The position numbers were made by a program, and so were the translations under genes. Positions 11,468 through 25,672 of a stretch of DNA of 64,000 nucleotides are shown here, piece by piece; position 1 is the first letter of the stretch, and each line of letters begins with the position of its first letter. The stretch comes from Phoronis australis (taxonomy: Eukaryota; Animalia; Phoronida), in assembly GCA_002633005.1 (NCBI GenBank), contig NMRA01000228.1:236120-300119 (forward strand), written 5' to 3'. Below the pieces are notes generated by a model that was not told where the DNA came from, did no database searches, and was given only the letters and a program-made list of their open reading frames with translations.

Positions 11468-12974
11468 TTTTATGCACCCACAAATACATAATATGTGGTT
11501 GCATATTGCCATCATCTCTGTCCTATGTCCATTCATTGTCCGCTGCTGTCTCTCCTAAACTCCTTGGATGCTCTTTGTGAAATTTAGAAAGTTTATTTTT
11601 AGGAATGTGACAACAGATGACTTTTGGACGGATTTTACTGCTGCTGTGGCAATTTTAGTTCTTACATTTTCGTGTTTATCTTGGGAATTGCACAACAGAT
11701 TTATTTGAAATTTGACAAATATGTTATGATTACACCTTCCCATTTTTCAGAAACATTCAATATATTTTACGCCACCTTGTGGCCATTTTTATTGTTTTCT
11801 AGTTTTTTGGTATCCACCTATCTGCCAAACTGCTTGAAGGATTGTCATGAAAATTGGCATGTGTGTTCCTACTGTAAAAGAACACAGGCACCATTGATTT
11901 TTGGACTGTCCAACAACTGTGGCATCCTTTGTGGCAATTCTATTTTTTGCATGTGACTCGATACAAGAGTCCAGTTTTATCCACCATCTTGACTATGTAA
12001 TTAGGTAGAGTAAACAAACCAATTTACCAATTTCCCATTAAGTGGACGGAGAAGTAAGAGCTGTTTAAACCCACATTTTCCAAAGGATATTGATTACATT
12101 GTCAAAAGGTTGCTGTTATGCCGTTTCCAAAATGTTCAGTATTATCACAAACTCATTTTTTGTTCCTGAGGACCACCAGTGGTCTATTTCGGAGCGAATT
12201 AAAAATGCAGATGACTTTAGTGTTAATGTGGTGATTTCCAAGACCATCCATTTTTCACTAAGTCCACCCCAGGGTCAGTATTCCTATTGTTTAGTACTTG
12301 ATACAATGAAAAAAGTCTTCAAATTATTACACTATTGCAAATTGTTGCTATTGCCGAACACTGTTTTATCAGCTGGCCAACAAAGCCAAGGTTTGGGGAA
12401 TAAAAACTAACTTTATATGCATAATCTGTACACTTCTGTGTCCATACAACCCCGTAACATTCATGGATTGATGGCATAAATTTTTTCCAAGTGTTGCTTT
12501 CCCATTTACTCACTATTTTAAGAGAAATTTGCGTTTTATTGCTGGACCACCACAGGGCAAAGTACAAATTGACTCATTTACTCTTCCTAGTTCTACACCA
12601 CTTGAGTGTGCATACTCGATCAACTTGAAACCATGGACTCGTCTATATCTGCCAAGTGGTTGATGGATCGTCCATATTTGGTAAACAAGTTCCTTTCATG
12701 GGGACAACTGCACTTGTTCCTTTTCAAACGGAATTGATCTGCCCATAATCATTTTATTTTTTTCGTCCACCTACCTATCCGCCAAACTGCTTGAAAGGTA
12801 TTTTATGGGGGAGAGCATAGTTGAATTGCTTTGTGCCGTCTCCCTGGAGGCTATTTTAAATTTATTAGTATTGCTCCGTCGTGTGGGAATGTTCTGAAAT
12901 AGTGATCATCCTTTATAACTGTGCTGTATGTGATACACATGCTGGCCACATATCGATGGTCTCCATTGCTCTTG
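11468..12974 (-). mobile_element. Helentron-type non-autonomous element, diverged copy between the convergent 3' ends of IF1 and SLCO-A
   Basis: Palindrome ATGCACCCACA..TGTGGTTGCAT at one end, CAAGAGCAATG on the - strand at the other, with decayed internal units and an apparent unrelated insert. Confidence 0.65.
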
Positions 12975-13088
12975 GGCCTACATAGGAAAACACAGGACTA
13001 CGATTCTTGTCTTGCCAACAATTGTTTTAATGGCAGTGTGTGACTAGGTTTTTAGAGTTCAGCATATTGTTGAATATTCTTTACAACG

Positions 13089-13094
13089 TTTATT
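13089..13094 (-). promoter_or_regulatory. Candidate poly(A) signal of SLCO paralog A
   Basis: AATAAA on the - strand about 1 kb downstream of the stop codon; no transcript evidence. Confidence 0.3.
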
Positions 13095-14066
13095 TCAAAT
13101 GCATTTAACAAGAAACAAATTTAAAGATGCCTTAAATACAATAAAATGTAAAACAGTTGAATGTCATTAAAATAGGTACAATAAATGAGAATTGTGCTAC
13201 ATTGAATTGAGTTCAAAATAACATCAGTTAATGTTTTTCTGTGTCGACAAAACAATGATGGCATATTAATAGAACTGATTTTGCCAACGAATTTGAAGTC
13301 AAAACATGTTAATATTCTGTTAGTGGACAGATTTCTTTTTTACACTCATTTTGTGTTAAATTTAAAAATAAAACTTCGAATCCAGACGAAGAAAATAGCT
13401 GAATAACTGAAAGGCTCTGTGGCAAAACCTTCAAAACTTCATTGGAAGTGGTAAGAGTTCAAATCCGATATGAAGCTTGTCTTGTTCTCTGAAACTATGG
13501 CATTGCTGCTTTTAAGCTAATTGTCAACTTTCGTGAATTTTTTCACTTTAAAATTCAATATTCACAATTTTCACCTTCACCACCTGATTATAAACATTAG
13601 TGTGACGTTTAAGGCACTTAAAAAGTTTTAAGTCCTCGAGGATTAAAAAATTATACTTCTATGGATTAAATATGGACAGTTAAAAAAGTTACTCAATGAA
13701 ACAAGAAGTGACTTCATGACGGTCAACAATTACATTTATAAGGCAGACTGCTGAAATCATTTGTAAGCTACTCTCTTCTAGGAACAACCACCCCTTGGCT
13801 TGTAGCATCCTTCTTAGTGAACAGAATTTTCACTTAGTCGATCACTGGTAAAAATCAGATGAGCAAGATTTTGAGAACCAGTTTCCTCCGCCGAGTAACA
13901 GATCCCTGTGAGTGACTATAGTGCCCCATAGCCAGTGTCCATCTGCCATCCTACAGGAACAATTTAAGCCAAAGCTAATGTAAACATGCCCTCTGTTGCT
14001 GCTTTCAACCAAAGGACCAGGAGCATTATTACCAGAGATAAAACACTGTATCTGACTGGTCAAAGG

Positions 14067-17000
14067 TCAAAGTTCCCCAGGCACAGTCATTGGTGCTTGT
14101 TCAGTGAACTGCGATTCATTGGATGGCTTCATAACATTAAGCTGGGGAGACTGGCTAATCGACGGAAGAATTTCATGCGAAGGAGGAAGTGGTTCAACAG
14201 ACTCGTTCACTGGTGAGGATGCTTTATGTCTAATGTCAGTAGACAACAAATCTGTAGACTTCTCTTGACTTTGTTTTTTTAAGTTCATGTTCATCTGAGA
14301 CCCACTGTCAAGTTCCCATGTGTTTATCTGTGATTTGTTCACCTTGATGCAGAAGTATGATAACAGTAAACACAGCATTGAGGCAATTTTAGCAGTTACT
14401 GATATCAACAGCAGGTTTCTACCCATCATTTTGTCGTCGTAAACATAACATGACCCTTGTTTGCCACATATGTCTTGCCACAGTTCACAGGACAAATCCA
14501 ACAATTTACCAAACACAATGGGAGCAGGAACAGTTCCCAGACATCGAATGATTAACCACTGAATTCCAAGTGCTAGGGACTTCTGTGCTTCTGGTAGACA
14601 CCTGTGTAGAAAATGAACATCATATAATTGCAGTTCGTAGTTGAAAGATGTGTAACTCCACACACGTGTCGCTGTGGTACTTCCCAGATGATTAAATATT
14701 CAGTGTTATTTTGCAGTGTGCAAACACCTCCAGGGATATTCGTGGACTGTACCTTTGTGTATTAGCGCATAAAAAAGTGAAAAGGCGCAAGTACATTGCA
14801 ACAGTATGCCCCCGGGTGGGTGTATCTTTTAAAATGCAACACTTCCAAAAATGCAAGATTCTAGTCAACTTACAGCCAGTCTGGTAAAACATGCACGACT
14901 GTTTCATATTTTACCACTTTAGTTACACGTAGTCTTCTGGGCACAACTTTTTGAAAAAATGCACACTTTTTATCATCAGGTGCGCCCAAAGGGCACAGGT
15001 TCAAACCTGGTCAGGAATATCCCTGACCTAAGGTAGACGAAAGAAAAGTAAAGTACCAAAGAGACGCAAGACCTAGTGAAGCTGCACGTCTATTGAACTA
15101 TTATTCTACATCTACATTAACTTGTTCTGGTTTAGTTATGTGCACTAGTAGATCACGTACACTACTTCTTCAGAACACTAACCTTTAATTTTGGTCATGT
15201 AAATATGTAAATACACCAGTGTGATCTTATATTTCGATTGCAGTGTTCATGGATCCCATATCAAAGCCGTATTAAACCAGAGCTTTCTGTTAAAAAGCAA
15301 GTTTTGACTAAAGTTTTCGGCTAACGCCACTTACTGTATGTAATTGGTCTCAAATTTGTGTGATTTCTGAGCTGGGAAAGATGTGACTGACAGTTCATTA
15401 TTTATTCAGACAAAGCTCATAAAATTTCAGGTCACAGTGCGAGGAAATAATGAACTATCAGTTTTTGGAGCCCACATATCACTCCTAAACTAAACAAGGA
15501 ACAAGATAAGACCAATTTCATAGTTTTAAGTGACTTAAATCAAACCTTGTTTTTTGACAGGAAACTCGTGGGCTTAATATCGCTGGCAAAATAATTATTC
15601 CTGTATTAATAATTCTGCTTTCTTGCATCATACTGCTCAGAATATGAATAGCAGACCTGGTGAGAAAATTAAGGATGCTAATTGAGAAGAAGAATGTGAT
15701 AAACCAGGCTGAACCAGATGTCAGCTGTCCAGAGTATGGAAGTGCTCAACAAGCTTCAGGGAGTGTTTGAGAAAGTAAGCTGTTATCTTGCTAAAACTGT
15801 CACAAGTAAGTAAAATTTTGCCGGTTGTTCAGAAACAATCCCGGACCTTAGCATGCACCAGGGCTGTTTGAAGCGAACATTTGGAAAAAATCACTTTTTC
15901 GAGAGCAGGGTTGTTTGAAGTGACCGGGCAGGATGGACTCCCAGGGTGCATGAAATCCGATGGGTTACATTGCATTATGGGCAGACAATGATGCCTAGGC
16001 AGAGATACTCCAAGAACTTTGTATTAGCAACAGTTTTACTTGCCTCAATGTTGCAGTGATGGCAGCTGTCCCAGCTACACAGGTGAAGAATACCAGACCG
16101 CCAAGAACTGGCAGGAATACAAAGAGCAAATCACAGTTTATTTCACATCTGCCACTCACTGCGGTGTAGTTGAGCCGGAGGGACCCGGCAACCTCAATAC
16201 AGGAGCAGTTGTAGAAATACTGAAAATTAGGTTTTTGTAATGGTAATGATGACAGTAAACAAAACCAAAATCTGAAATGTTTTTTAAAAAATGTAAATAT
16301 GAAGCAATTGAGTTACTAAGTCATAACGTGACCTTTATTAAACTTAAAAAAAACTTGACATTGTTGCCAAGAAGTGACATTGTTTAATTAGCATCACATC
16401 CTTGTATTTTCAGTGAATGTGAGTACCCTAGGACACAAATTACTTTCATGATATTGATAATCAATGAATCTTGGCTTGGGTTGTAATGTGCTAACAGAAA
16501 CATGATGGCTCTGTACAGAAATAATAATTCCGTTGAGATTGGAATTCATAAGAAACACTGTTAAGCTGGAAGTGAAGACTAATCTTGCACCAAGTTGGTT
16601 GCGGTCTGAAACTGGCAGCATTAAGAACAGACAATAATTATCAGACTAGTGACCACAATGTCACACATTGTTTACACAACTTGATTTCTTGTGTGGGTCA
16701 AACTGTCTTGAAGAATGCTTGCCTTTTTGGCTTGGACTCTCTTTGAAGTTACACATCCTGCATAACATGGCGAGAAGTAGATGATTCCATCCTGGCCACA
16801 CACAGGTTCATACTTCTCTGGGGAGCAGTGACAACCATGGTTACACCGCGACGCACGTCCGTCCACTGCACTTAAATTGGTTCTTGTCAAAAATTAGGAG
16901 GGATACATTAACTGGTGGCTATAACAAACTCCCTGAATAGAAATTTGTCAAAATGCTCCAACGCCTTCAGTCTGATGCTGCAGTATTTACCCACAATGCA

Positions 17001-20000
17001 TTAGTAGGACACTTGTACCACAGTTGTACATTGCTGCTATGCTAATCGTTAGTTTGCAGCAGTGATGTGACCTTTCTTCATTCTATCCTAATGCTACTAA
17101 GAGTTTACTTATGCACAATGAGTTGCATTGTTGCCACCAAAACCCTGCCCAGCTGGTGGGGCTCAATTTCTTTTCAGGTCCATCTCAGCTTGGAAAAATA
17201 CAGCAGCCTCAAAAACTCAGTAACTAGGTAAGGGAATTTTAGCTGATCAATATTTATCACAAAAGATTTTTTAAATGAATTCACATCAGCTATTTCTATG
17301 AATAGGTGATTTCATGTGACTGATATGACACAAATGGTCCTTAAGAATTCTTAGTCATAGTTGATACTGGCATGCAGTGTTTCTCATCAATCATTATAAT
17401 TTATATGATTGACTTCTTTACCAACGAGCAATGATAAATTCCATGAATGAGGTTATGAATGACGATCAGACTGATGATCATTCATGATCAGCCCCAAGAT
17501 CATTTATGATCATCAGAAGTCAGGTGACATTGATCATCATCCCGACACTAACCAAAATGGGGATGTATACAATGCATTTTGCAACCTCCGCCAAGGAAAA
17601 TTGAATTGAAGATTTGACTAACATGTAATACACAAACTCACTTGTTACCACTGTAATGTGAATTGACACCAGCAAAGGGCACCTCATCACACTGCATAAT
17701 GAGGCAGAACAGACAAGCAACTCCAAAACTAGTGGCTATCACTGCCAAGCGCATAACAGCCTTGCTTTTCAGTCTCATTTTCATAATGATTATGCCTCCT
17801 ATGATAGTTCCAGTAGCTCCACAAGGAATAGCTGTCAAACCTGTGCAAAGTAAGTTAGCCTTTACAATTAATTGGATGGACTCACTGAAAATGAAACTTT
17901 TGTCCTTGTAACAAATAGCAAGGTTTTTGAACTTAAACAGTCAGTGATGACCTAATCATGGCCACTAATTTGGCGAGCTTAAGTATGTAAATGTTTGCAA
18001 TATTTGTCCTGGATGAGTGTTATTTGGGCTTGAGTTTCAACTGAAATAACTTGCATTAAATCCGTTTGATGAAGTTTTTAACTAAAACGGAGCGGAAAGA
18101 GCACACAAATGATTGTGAAGTTAATTCTTATGCAATGTTGCACTGCACTGGTGCACTGCACTGGTGCACTGCACTGGTGCACTGCACTGGTGCACTGCAA
18201 TGGTGCACTGCAATGGTGTACTGCACTGGTCTGCAGGCTCAAAACTGTAGCTTTAACTCTAAAATGGCATTCAAAAATATGCAACAAGGATATGAGAGCG
18301 ATAGATTGAGAGTTCATAACATATGGCAGTAAAATGCCAACTGTAACCCACCTGGAGCGTGCATTTTACCTATGTAATAAGATGCCGAGTGAGCCGTCAA
18401 ACTGAACTGGGATTCAATGAACTTTGGTGAGAATGCTGTAAAGCCACCAGCTATCAAACCTGCAAGGTGCATTGCAATAAATTGAAGATTTGTCATCAAC
18501 ACACCTCAGAGTTGAGGGCACTCGACTGTGAGGTGTGCCACTTGGAAACACACTCAGAGGCCAATTTCTGACACTAATAAACATCTCAAGAAGCAATCCA
18601 TTGCTTTGCAGTTGTAACATTTCAATGCTTTGCATTTCTCTTATTATTAAGATTCACTGATAAGATCTAAATAACAATTGAAAACAGGAAAGTTTCTAAT
18701 CCGAATATACGGTACTAGTCGACACCAATTTTCAATTTTTATAACTGTACAGTAACTAGTCTGTCAAAACGTTTTTGATTTAAGTTAACCTAAGGTGGCT
18801 ATATTTGCAACCAATTCCTATCAGAGGGAACATGAGTATAGTGATATGAAAGTTAACTTAATGATTGTAGCGTTAATTCAAAAACTCTGCTGCATTTAAA
18901 AATATTGCTCCTAAATTTTAGTACATTCTGAACACACCTCGATAGGTTACAGACTGAAAAATAAACCGTTCTTATCAATAAGGCCGTCCCGGCCTTATTG
19001 ATAGCTTAGCAGACCAGAAAGGTTATGCCCTCTACAACAAATAACACGTGAAACTCCAGATGCGCAAAAACAAGACTGCAAACTTTGTGCCTGACGGATG
19101 TTAACGGCATTGTTGGTAAATACAGCGACATTGATCGAGTGTCGATGGGTAATCTGGGATAGTCCTAATAGTCACTGACCTTCAACACTACCAGCCAGGT
19201 TAATGAACATGAAGATAGGGTTAGTGAGGATAGCCCTCAACGACCGTATAACGCCCCGTAATGTACCAACATGTAGCGAAATCACCGAGGTCGTCAGCGC
19301 TTGTTTTTCCTGCTTCGCTTTGTTAAGCTTTGTGTAACCTGAAAACGATAGTCTAGCTGTTGATCTCATATTCCCACTATTATCGGTGGCTCTCTCTAAG
19401 GGTATTGTGATCAAAATGAAACTGCCACATGGCTACTCTCATAATAGCTATTGGTTAATAGTAGCCAGTGTCCACATTCACCCACAAGAACAAATTAGCT
19501 ACTTTGTTAATGCACTTAGTCGCTATGACATTCAGCTCCAAATTAGTACAGCCAGTTAGAGGGAATTTAAAGTTGTGATAGATTTGATTGACTGGAGTTT
19601 CACTAATTCAAAAGTGCCAAATTAAATCTGTTCAGTTAGAGGTCTTCAAGATGGTGTCATGTTAGTAAACCAGAAATTCGTAATTCTGAAGGAGTAAAAT
19701 TAACTAATTTGATGTCTTCTATTAAATGACAACTCAGTATAAAACTGATAAACAGGTTATAAGGTTGTGGACAAATGCGTAACTTGCGTGACAAAACATT
19801 TCTTTGTACTTAATGTTTGCTATTCTTGCGTTTGTAACTTACCTGGCAAATGTCTGGGGAACCCCAGAAAAATCCCACCAGTTAACAAACAGACAAAACC
19901 ACTAATTATAAAGCCAATCCACCAAGCCCCAACCCAGAGTGGATGGTAGACATCTATATCAAGACTGAAACAAGAAAAGTTTCATTGAAATAATCATTAG

Positions 20001-23000
20001 CAAAAACAGGCAGACACTGCAGGACATTAAATAAATTCATATAAAATATTTTCATATCCTTTGGCCAGTCCAAATTTAGTGAAGTTGCATTGCCACTACT
20101 TTGCCTGATAGGCAGCACCTAAATTTAAGTCAATTTAATTTGACAATACTGTATGAAAATAAGTGGTGAAAATCTCAGTATCCAGTTCATAACGCCGCCG
20201 TAATGCAATGCATACTTTGAACAGTAATAGGATAGATTTTAAGTTCAGATGCCTCAAGTGTTCAAAGTTGGTGTGTGAGTGGGGGGGGAGTAAACTACCC
20301 TTTCTGGAAGCAGCCTGATTGAGACATCAGTGTACGTAGGTATGGTAGTAGCATATTATGAACAAGAAGAACAAAAACCAACTGATGACGTCGTTCGAGG
20401 TAAAATTTCCTTTTTCTATTAGGTCTATTAGTTTGTACCTTTATGTACTTTTAAGCACGTTTCTCTTTCGTACATAGATAAGTTTTCTTTTAACTTGGAC
20501 AAAGTTCGGCAATGTGGTTGTTCCAGATTGTGCACTTGGTGTTCAGCTCAGTTGTATTTTGCCTTGAACTGTGATGAAAACTCTTGGTCTAGTTGGATCT
20601 GACTCATGTCAGTTTTACTGGATTAGTTATAGCACAATATGGTAATTATCGTTTTAAGTGTAACAAAATATATGTCACCTCTTGGGATCTTTGGTCACTT
20701 GCACATAAATGTTGAGAAACAATCCTCCAAGAACATATCCCAAAGCTGGTCCAAGTAACGTCAAAGCATTGTAAATACCTGCCATTTACAAAAAACAAAG
20801 GGTTCCCTCAGAAATGAATCTTGAATCAAACATAATTCAGTCTTTAAAAAACAATCGTGCAAACATTTGTTACCATAATAACATGTTTGCATATGACAAT
20901 GAACACATGATATTTATGTACAATTATAGTTTCTGAATAATTTTCTTACTGGCACACTGTCAAAATTTATCCTGTGAAAACAGAGAAAATACTTTACCTA
21001 GATATAAAGAAATCTTCTCAGTTGGTAGACTTTCATCTAAATAGGTGATCCCCAAAGTGTATAAGGGAGCAGATCCCATTCCATGGAATAGCTGTGCCAA
21101 AATGAAAGCGTATTTATTCTGAGATAGTACACTCTCCGTCTGTTGACCGGCAGTGCATACTGATTTGCTTGCGGATGTGTTGCGATTGGTATCACACAAG
21201 TTATCGAGTCCAGATGATTTGTCGGGCACATAGTCACCAACCACAAAATAGGGTAGACTAAAGGTGAGTGATCCGAGCCCCAGAAAGGCAACACCCAACC
21301 CAATCCATCTAGGTTTGTTGCCCAATCCTCCAAAATAGCTAACTGGTATGAGGGATAGCACGGAGGCAATTTCATAGGCACTTGCAATTACTCCAGTTTC
21401 TGTACTGTCCAGGTCATATCGTTTTTCAATAGAGCTGACTACGCTTGGAAATAATCCATTGACGATAACGCCCTGCAATTACCATGATCATTGCAAACAG
21501 TTCAAGGTCTTGTATACAGTGACAATACAACAGATCTTGTAACATCTCTACTTACTTATGGTCTACTGCACAAAATATCACAGGCAATTAAAGATACAAC
21601 TACTACTTCATGCATCGCCATTTTAGAAAAGCAGCCACCCAATGCTAATTGGGCTAAACCATCTAGTTCCAAACTTCACTTGGAATAAATCCAGTGGCTG
21701 TGAATCTTCTAGTCAAGGCAATCAATGACGTGCATCTGGTCAATGAGTCAACCTAAAAACAACCCTATTTCACTGATGGCAGTGCATGTAACTTTAAATG
21801 CTTTATATAGTTTTTAATTCAAACAAACTGATTCACAAAATTAGTCCCAAATGGTGTTCTTTCATGACAAGAATCGAGGGAACTGCTGAAATGTTAGTGT
21901 AGTTCTGGATTTGGAAGAGTATGAACAAAATAACAGAACTAAAGTAAACTTTTTTTATCAAGTGTGAAAATTGACAGTGCAAATCATTAATGCAAAGAGG
22001 AGTTTTCCCGGAACCAGTGTGCCAAAACCATTGCAAATATCTTAAAAGTTGAACTTCAATATTTTCTCCACACTTTACTTTATTATCTGATAAAGAAATG
22101 TGTCTAGAGAATACATATGAAGTTTCAGACACTAATCTCAAGGGAATTCAACAGTGTATCAAAAAAGACTTACGTAAAGCAGTCATTTTACGACACTGAC
22201 GATCGTGTAAGCATGATTGTGACCACATGACTTTATTAACTAGTATCTGAATATCATTTTCTTTTAAATACGAGATTATTCATTTGAAAAATGTTGATTT
22301 TGCACTGAGTTTTTCGTCATTTTGGCATTGAATAATAGTGCAATATCAACTTTCAACTCCTGCAAATTCAGAAGCTGATGCATCAAGCCGCAATAAAATT
22401 ATTACGAGGAAAAGCGACCTAAAGGCACTTCTGCGTCCATTTAAAATTAGGGAAAATGTCTGCCTAATCCAAAAGTTCATTTAAGGCTATGCAATGCCTC
22501 TCAAACTTTGGAACATCATTTCTCAGAAATGGTTGATGGGATTCATTTGAAAGTTTGGTGTAGTATATATGCTTTGTACAGTTCTCCAAATTGCTGTTAA
22601 GAATTTTTTTCTAAAGCACTCAACTTTTCAACGAGGGGTTATCAAAGAATAGGACTTATATGGTCTTTGTGAAAAAACTAATTAACAAGCTATAAATGAC
22701 CTTAGAAAAATGTCCAAATCTGGCTAATTTTCGAACACTACGTCTCAGATTGATTGAATTCAAATGAAACTTTCAGATAGTATGCTTTATGCTATGTTCT
22801 CCAAACCGCTGTTTGGAACTGTACTTAAAATGTTCTACTTTTGCATGAGGGCTATCAAAAATTAAGATTTTCACAAAAAACTCCAAAGTTGCCTGAAATA
22901 AAAATGGAATGACTTGTTTGAAAACTTTCACTTCATTTTGAGACGTAATCTTGAACTTAAATAACAAATAAAATTTAGTTATGTTTCCGATACCATTATT

Positions 23001-25672
23001 TTGCAATCACTGTCCCTTTCATTTTTGATGGATTTTCTCTAAAAAGACAAGGTGTGACCCAATTAATGAGTTTGATAAAAAAACTGAACACTATGCTGGC
23101 TTTGTAGATATTTGGCTAACTACTACTCAAACCTGTGAATAAAATAACCTGAAGAAAACCAACTACCGGTACACTTAACTACATAAGTCAATTGCCGAAA
23201 AATGACCTAAAGGAGGGGAGAGGCAATTAGTGATAATTGAACTTTGGCATTCTAACTGAAAAGTTGGTAGCATGAAGTAAACAGCAAAACTTGAGGTTTT
23301 GACAAAAGTCGACAATAACTATTGCTGTGGACGCTACACAAAGTAGTAGATATCTATCATATCTATTTAGCATTTAAACCTCTTGTCTTAAAGCCGCCGG
23401 CTATAAACCCGTTTCATCCAAGAAAAGAACTTTTGACTTTTGATTAAGACCACTTACTGTCATTAAATTGGTCTCAATTTGTTTCATGCTCAAATGAGAA
23501 GTAATTTATGAGTTTGCAAAGAACTGTCACTATGTAACTAGTCAATCTGTAGAGCCTCATCTCAATAACAACTGTCACTATGTAACTAGGCAATCTGTAG
23601 AGCCTCATCTCAATAACAACTGTCACTATGTAACTAGGCAATCTGTAGAGCCTCATCTCAATAACAAATGTCACTATGTAACTAGGCAATCTGTAGAGCC
23701 TTATCTCAATAACAACCTGTTGGTTCTTCTGAAGCCCTGAAATCATTTCCAGTTTAACCAAGGAATAATAATACATCAGTGAAAACAAGAGGAAAGCCAT
23801 AAAATTGCTGAAATTGGTATTACAAGTAAATGTTTTTTCTTTTATTTATCTTTAAAAACAAGCAAATTGATTTTTATTCGATTCATGTGCAAAGTTATTG
23901 CGATCTACCTGGAATTTTTAGTTTTGGAGTTGGTGGACCTATCCAAGAACAATAACACACCAACAGAAATTATATCCTAAAACACTTTTTTTTTCATTTT
24001 TCACCGCTGTAGCATTGAAAAAAAATTGTTGCTGACATTTGGATTGTTTACTCACAGTAATTGATCTTTTCACTGCTGAAAGTAATTCTATGCGCTAAAT
24101 TGATGAGTTCAAAACAAAGTTCAGAGTTTCTTAAAGCAAACCTTTTGTGCACATCGATTTTATTTTAAAACTATCAGACAATCTTGATTGAGTTTGATCA
24201 TGGTCTCGCTCCACAAACTAGTCCTCATCCTATGGTGATAGAATATGTACCTAAGTTGGACATCTTTTCACACTGTCTTGTACTTCCACATCAATTCTGT
24301 GTTATTTCTGAAATTGTTTACTAAATATAATAAGACAGACCTCTGGTTTCAAATGATGTCAACTAAAAGAAAATTACAAGAAACCAAAGTGTGTACCCTA
24401 GTCCAGGATTCAATGACACCACTCAACGAAACACTGCTGAAAGCACACCTCTAAAAGTTGTTCCTGACAAGTAGGATTTTTTGTAAAATTTAATGCATAT
24501 AATTTCTGCTTCAAATTTGTGAATTTTTAAAAAATGGAAACCACATTAGTCATCTGCTTCCTCTGATACTTCAACTTGTAACTACCTGCGCTTACTAAAG
24601 CAAGATTTTGTGTATGTGCGATTCAGTAAACAAGCTGCGTTTGTTTCTAAGACTTGAACGGAATTCAATGTAACAGTTATGCCTGTGTAAGGGAGATGAT
24701 CCTGGGTACACTGTCAGTCGTGGTACTGACACTGATACAAGCCTCTTCTTAAAGGATGCCGAACCCAGTTTTGGCCTATTAACACTTACGCCTAAAATGA
24801 CCATCCATGTCTTTGAAACAAAATAATGCTCTAAATCTCTCGACAACCCTCACGAAACTGCAGGAAATTTTGAAAACTCCGTTCAAAGTCTGCTAAATGG
24901 GCAAGTATGACCTACGCTTTTAGTGAATTCAGTTACACGGCAACTGTGGGAAAAGACCACCTGCCAAGGACAATTAGCATAATCCAATTTGTGAGATAGA
25001 GTTTTAAGTTGACTTGTGCTTTACTTTTCAAGATTAACGCCAAGGATGCATTTTAACAGGTGACAGAACGAGGATTGATTAAAATCATTTAAAAAGGGTT
25101 TTGTAAATAATGAATTGTCAGCTGTTATCAATCCCAGAAATCACTTGTAATATGACTAAGACACAGGCTAAAGCAAATAACATAAGGGTACGTGGTCATG
25201 ATCAAAACTTAGATTTTGTATCAGTTCCGGATGGTCAGTTTATGGGTGCTTTAAAGAGTTTAAGTAGTAATTTTTAATTGCAATTAAAGTGAGGCAAGAG
25301 TTGTTCATTATTGCCAAATTGTGACATTGCCTGCATGCAGCCTGCAACAGCTAGCCAAAATAAGACCATTTTTGGGTTTTTAAATCGTTGACACTGCTTT
25401 GGTTGCCATCTTCCCCATGCACATGGTTCTGTGTCAACTTGGCATGAATCTGACAATTGCTGGGTGTCAGAGTGTAAAACACGACTCGCTTCTTCTCCTG
25501 CATCACCGTCTTGCCAACTGACGTTTTTCTTTGCTTCAATGCTCCCTCGTTTTTCAGGTTTTGGAACGAGTTCAGCGAGTAAACAAGATCTTGTGTTTGC
25601 TACACTAACGACGGTTATTGATTGGTCTTCGTGAATGTCAACAGTCGACAACGCTGTACATGCATTAATCAT
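14067..25672 (-). CDS. Solute carrier organic anion transporter (OATP/SLCO, SLCO4A1-like), paralog A, 10 exons, ~785 aa
   Basis: complement(join(25331..25672,20998..21472,20679..20778,19843..19964,19180..19338,18370..18459,17642..17840,16723..16882,16044..16219,14067..14601)), 2358 nt, open frame. OATP motifs: IEKRYDLDSTETG, PRWIG, PLYTLGITYLDE, WVGAWWIGF, PKFIESQF, Kazal-like CxC..YEPVCG..YFSPCYAGC, and RCLGTVPAPIVFG..D.SC.LW. The donors after exons 1, 8 and 9 are GC rather than GT. Confidence 0.9.
15263..15584. mobile_element. Decayed MITE
   Basis: Imperfect ~45-bp inverted repeats (AGCCGTATTAAACCAGAGCTTTCTGTTAAAAAGCAAG / CTTGTTTTTTGACAGGAAACTCGTGGGCTTAATATCGCT). Confidence 0.5.
18139..18230. 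repeat. 13-bp minisatellite (TGCACTGCACTGG) x ~7
   Basis: Directly visible tandem units. Confidence 0.9.
23522..23716. repeat. 48-bp minisatellite x 4
   Basis: AACTGTCACTATGTAACTAGGCAATCTGTAGAGCCTCATCTCAATAAC, near-identical units. Confidence 0.92.

Noticed and set aside
18066-18332. Cys/His-rich ORFs (HCTGALHW repeats); likewise the 16-aa-repeat ORF at 23474-23800
   Set aside because: Translations of intronic 13-bp and 48-bp minisatellites.
22138-23020. Possible Kolobok-like element (AAGGGA..CAGTG / CACTGTCCCTTT)
   Set aside because: Termini and TTAA TSD are too decayed to delimit with confidence.
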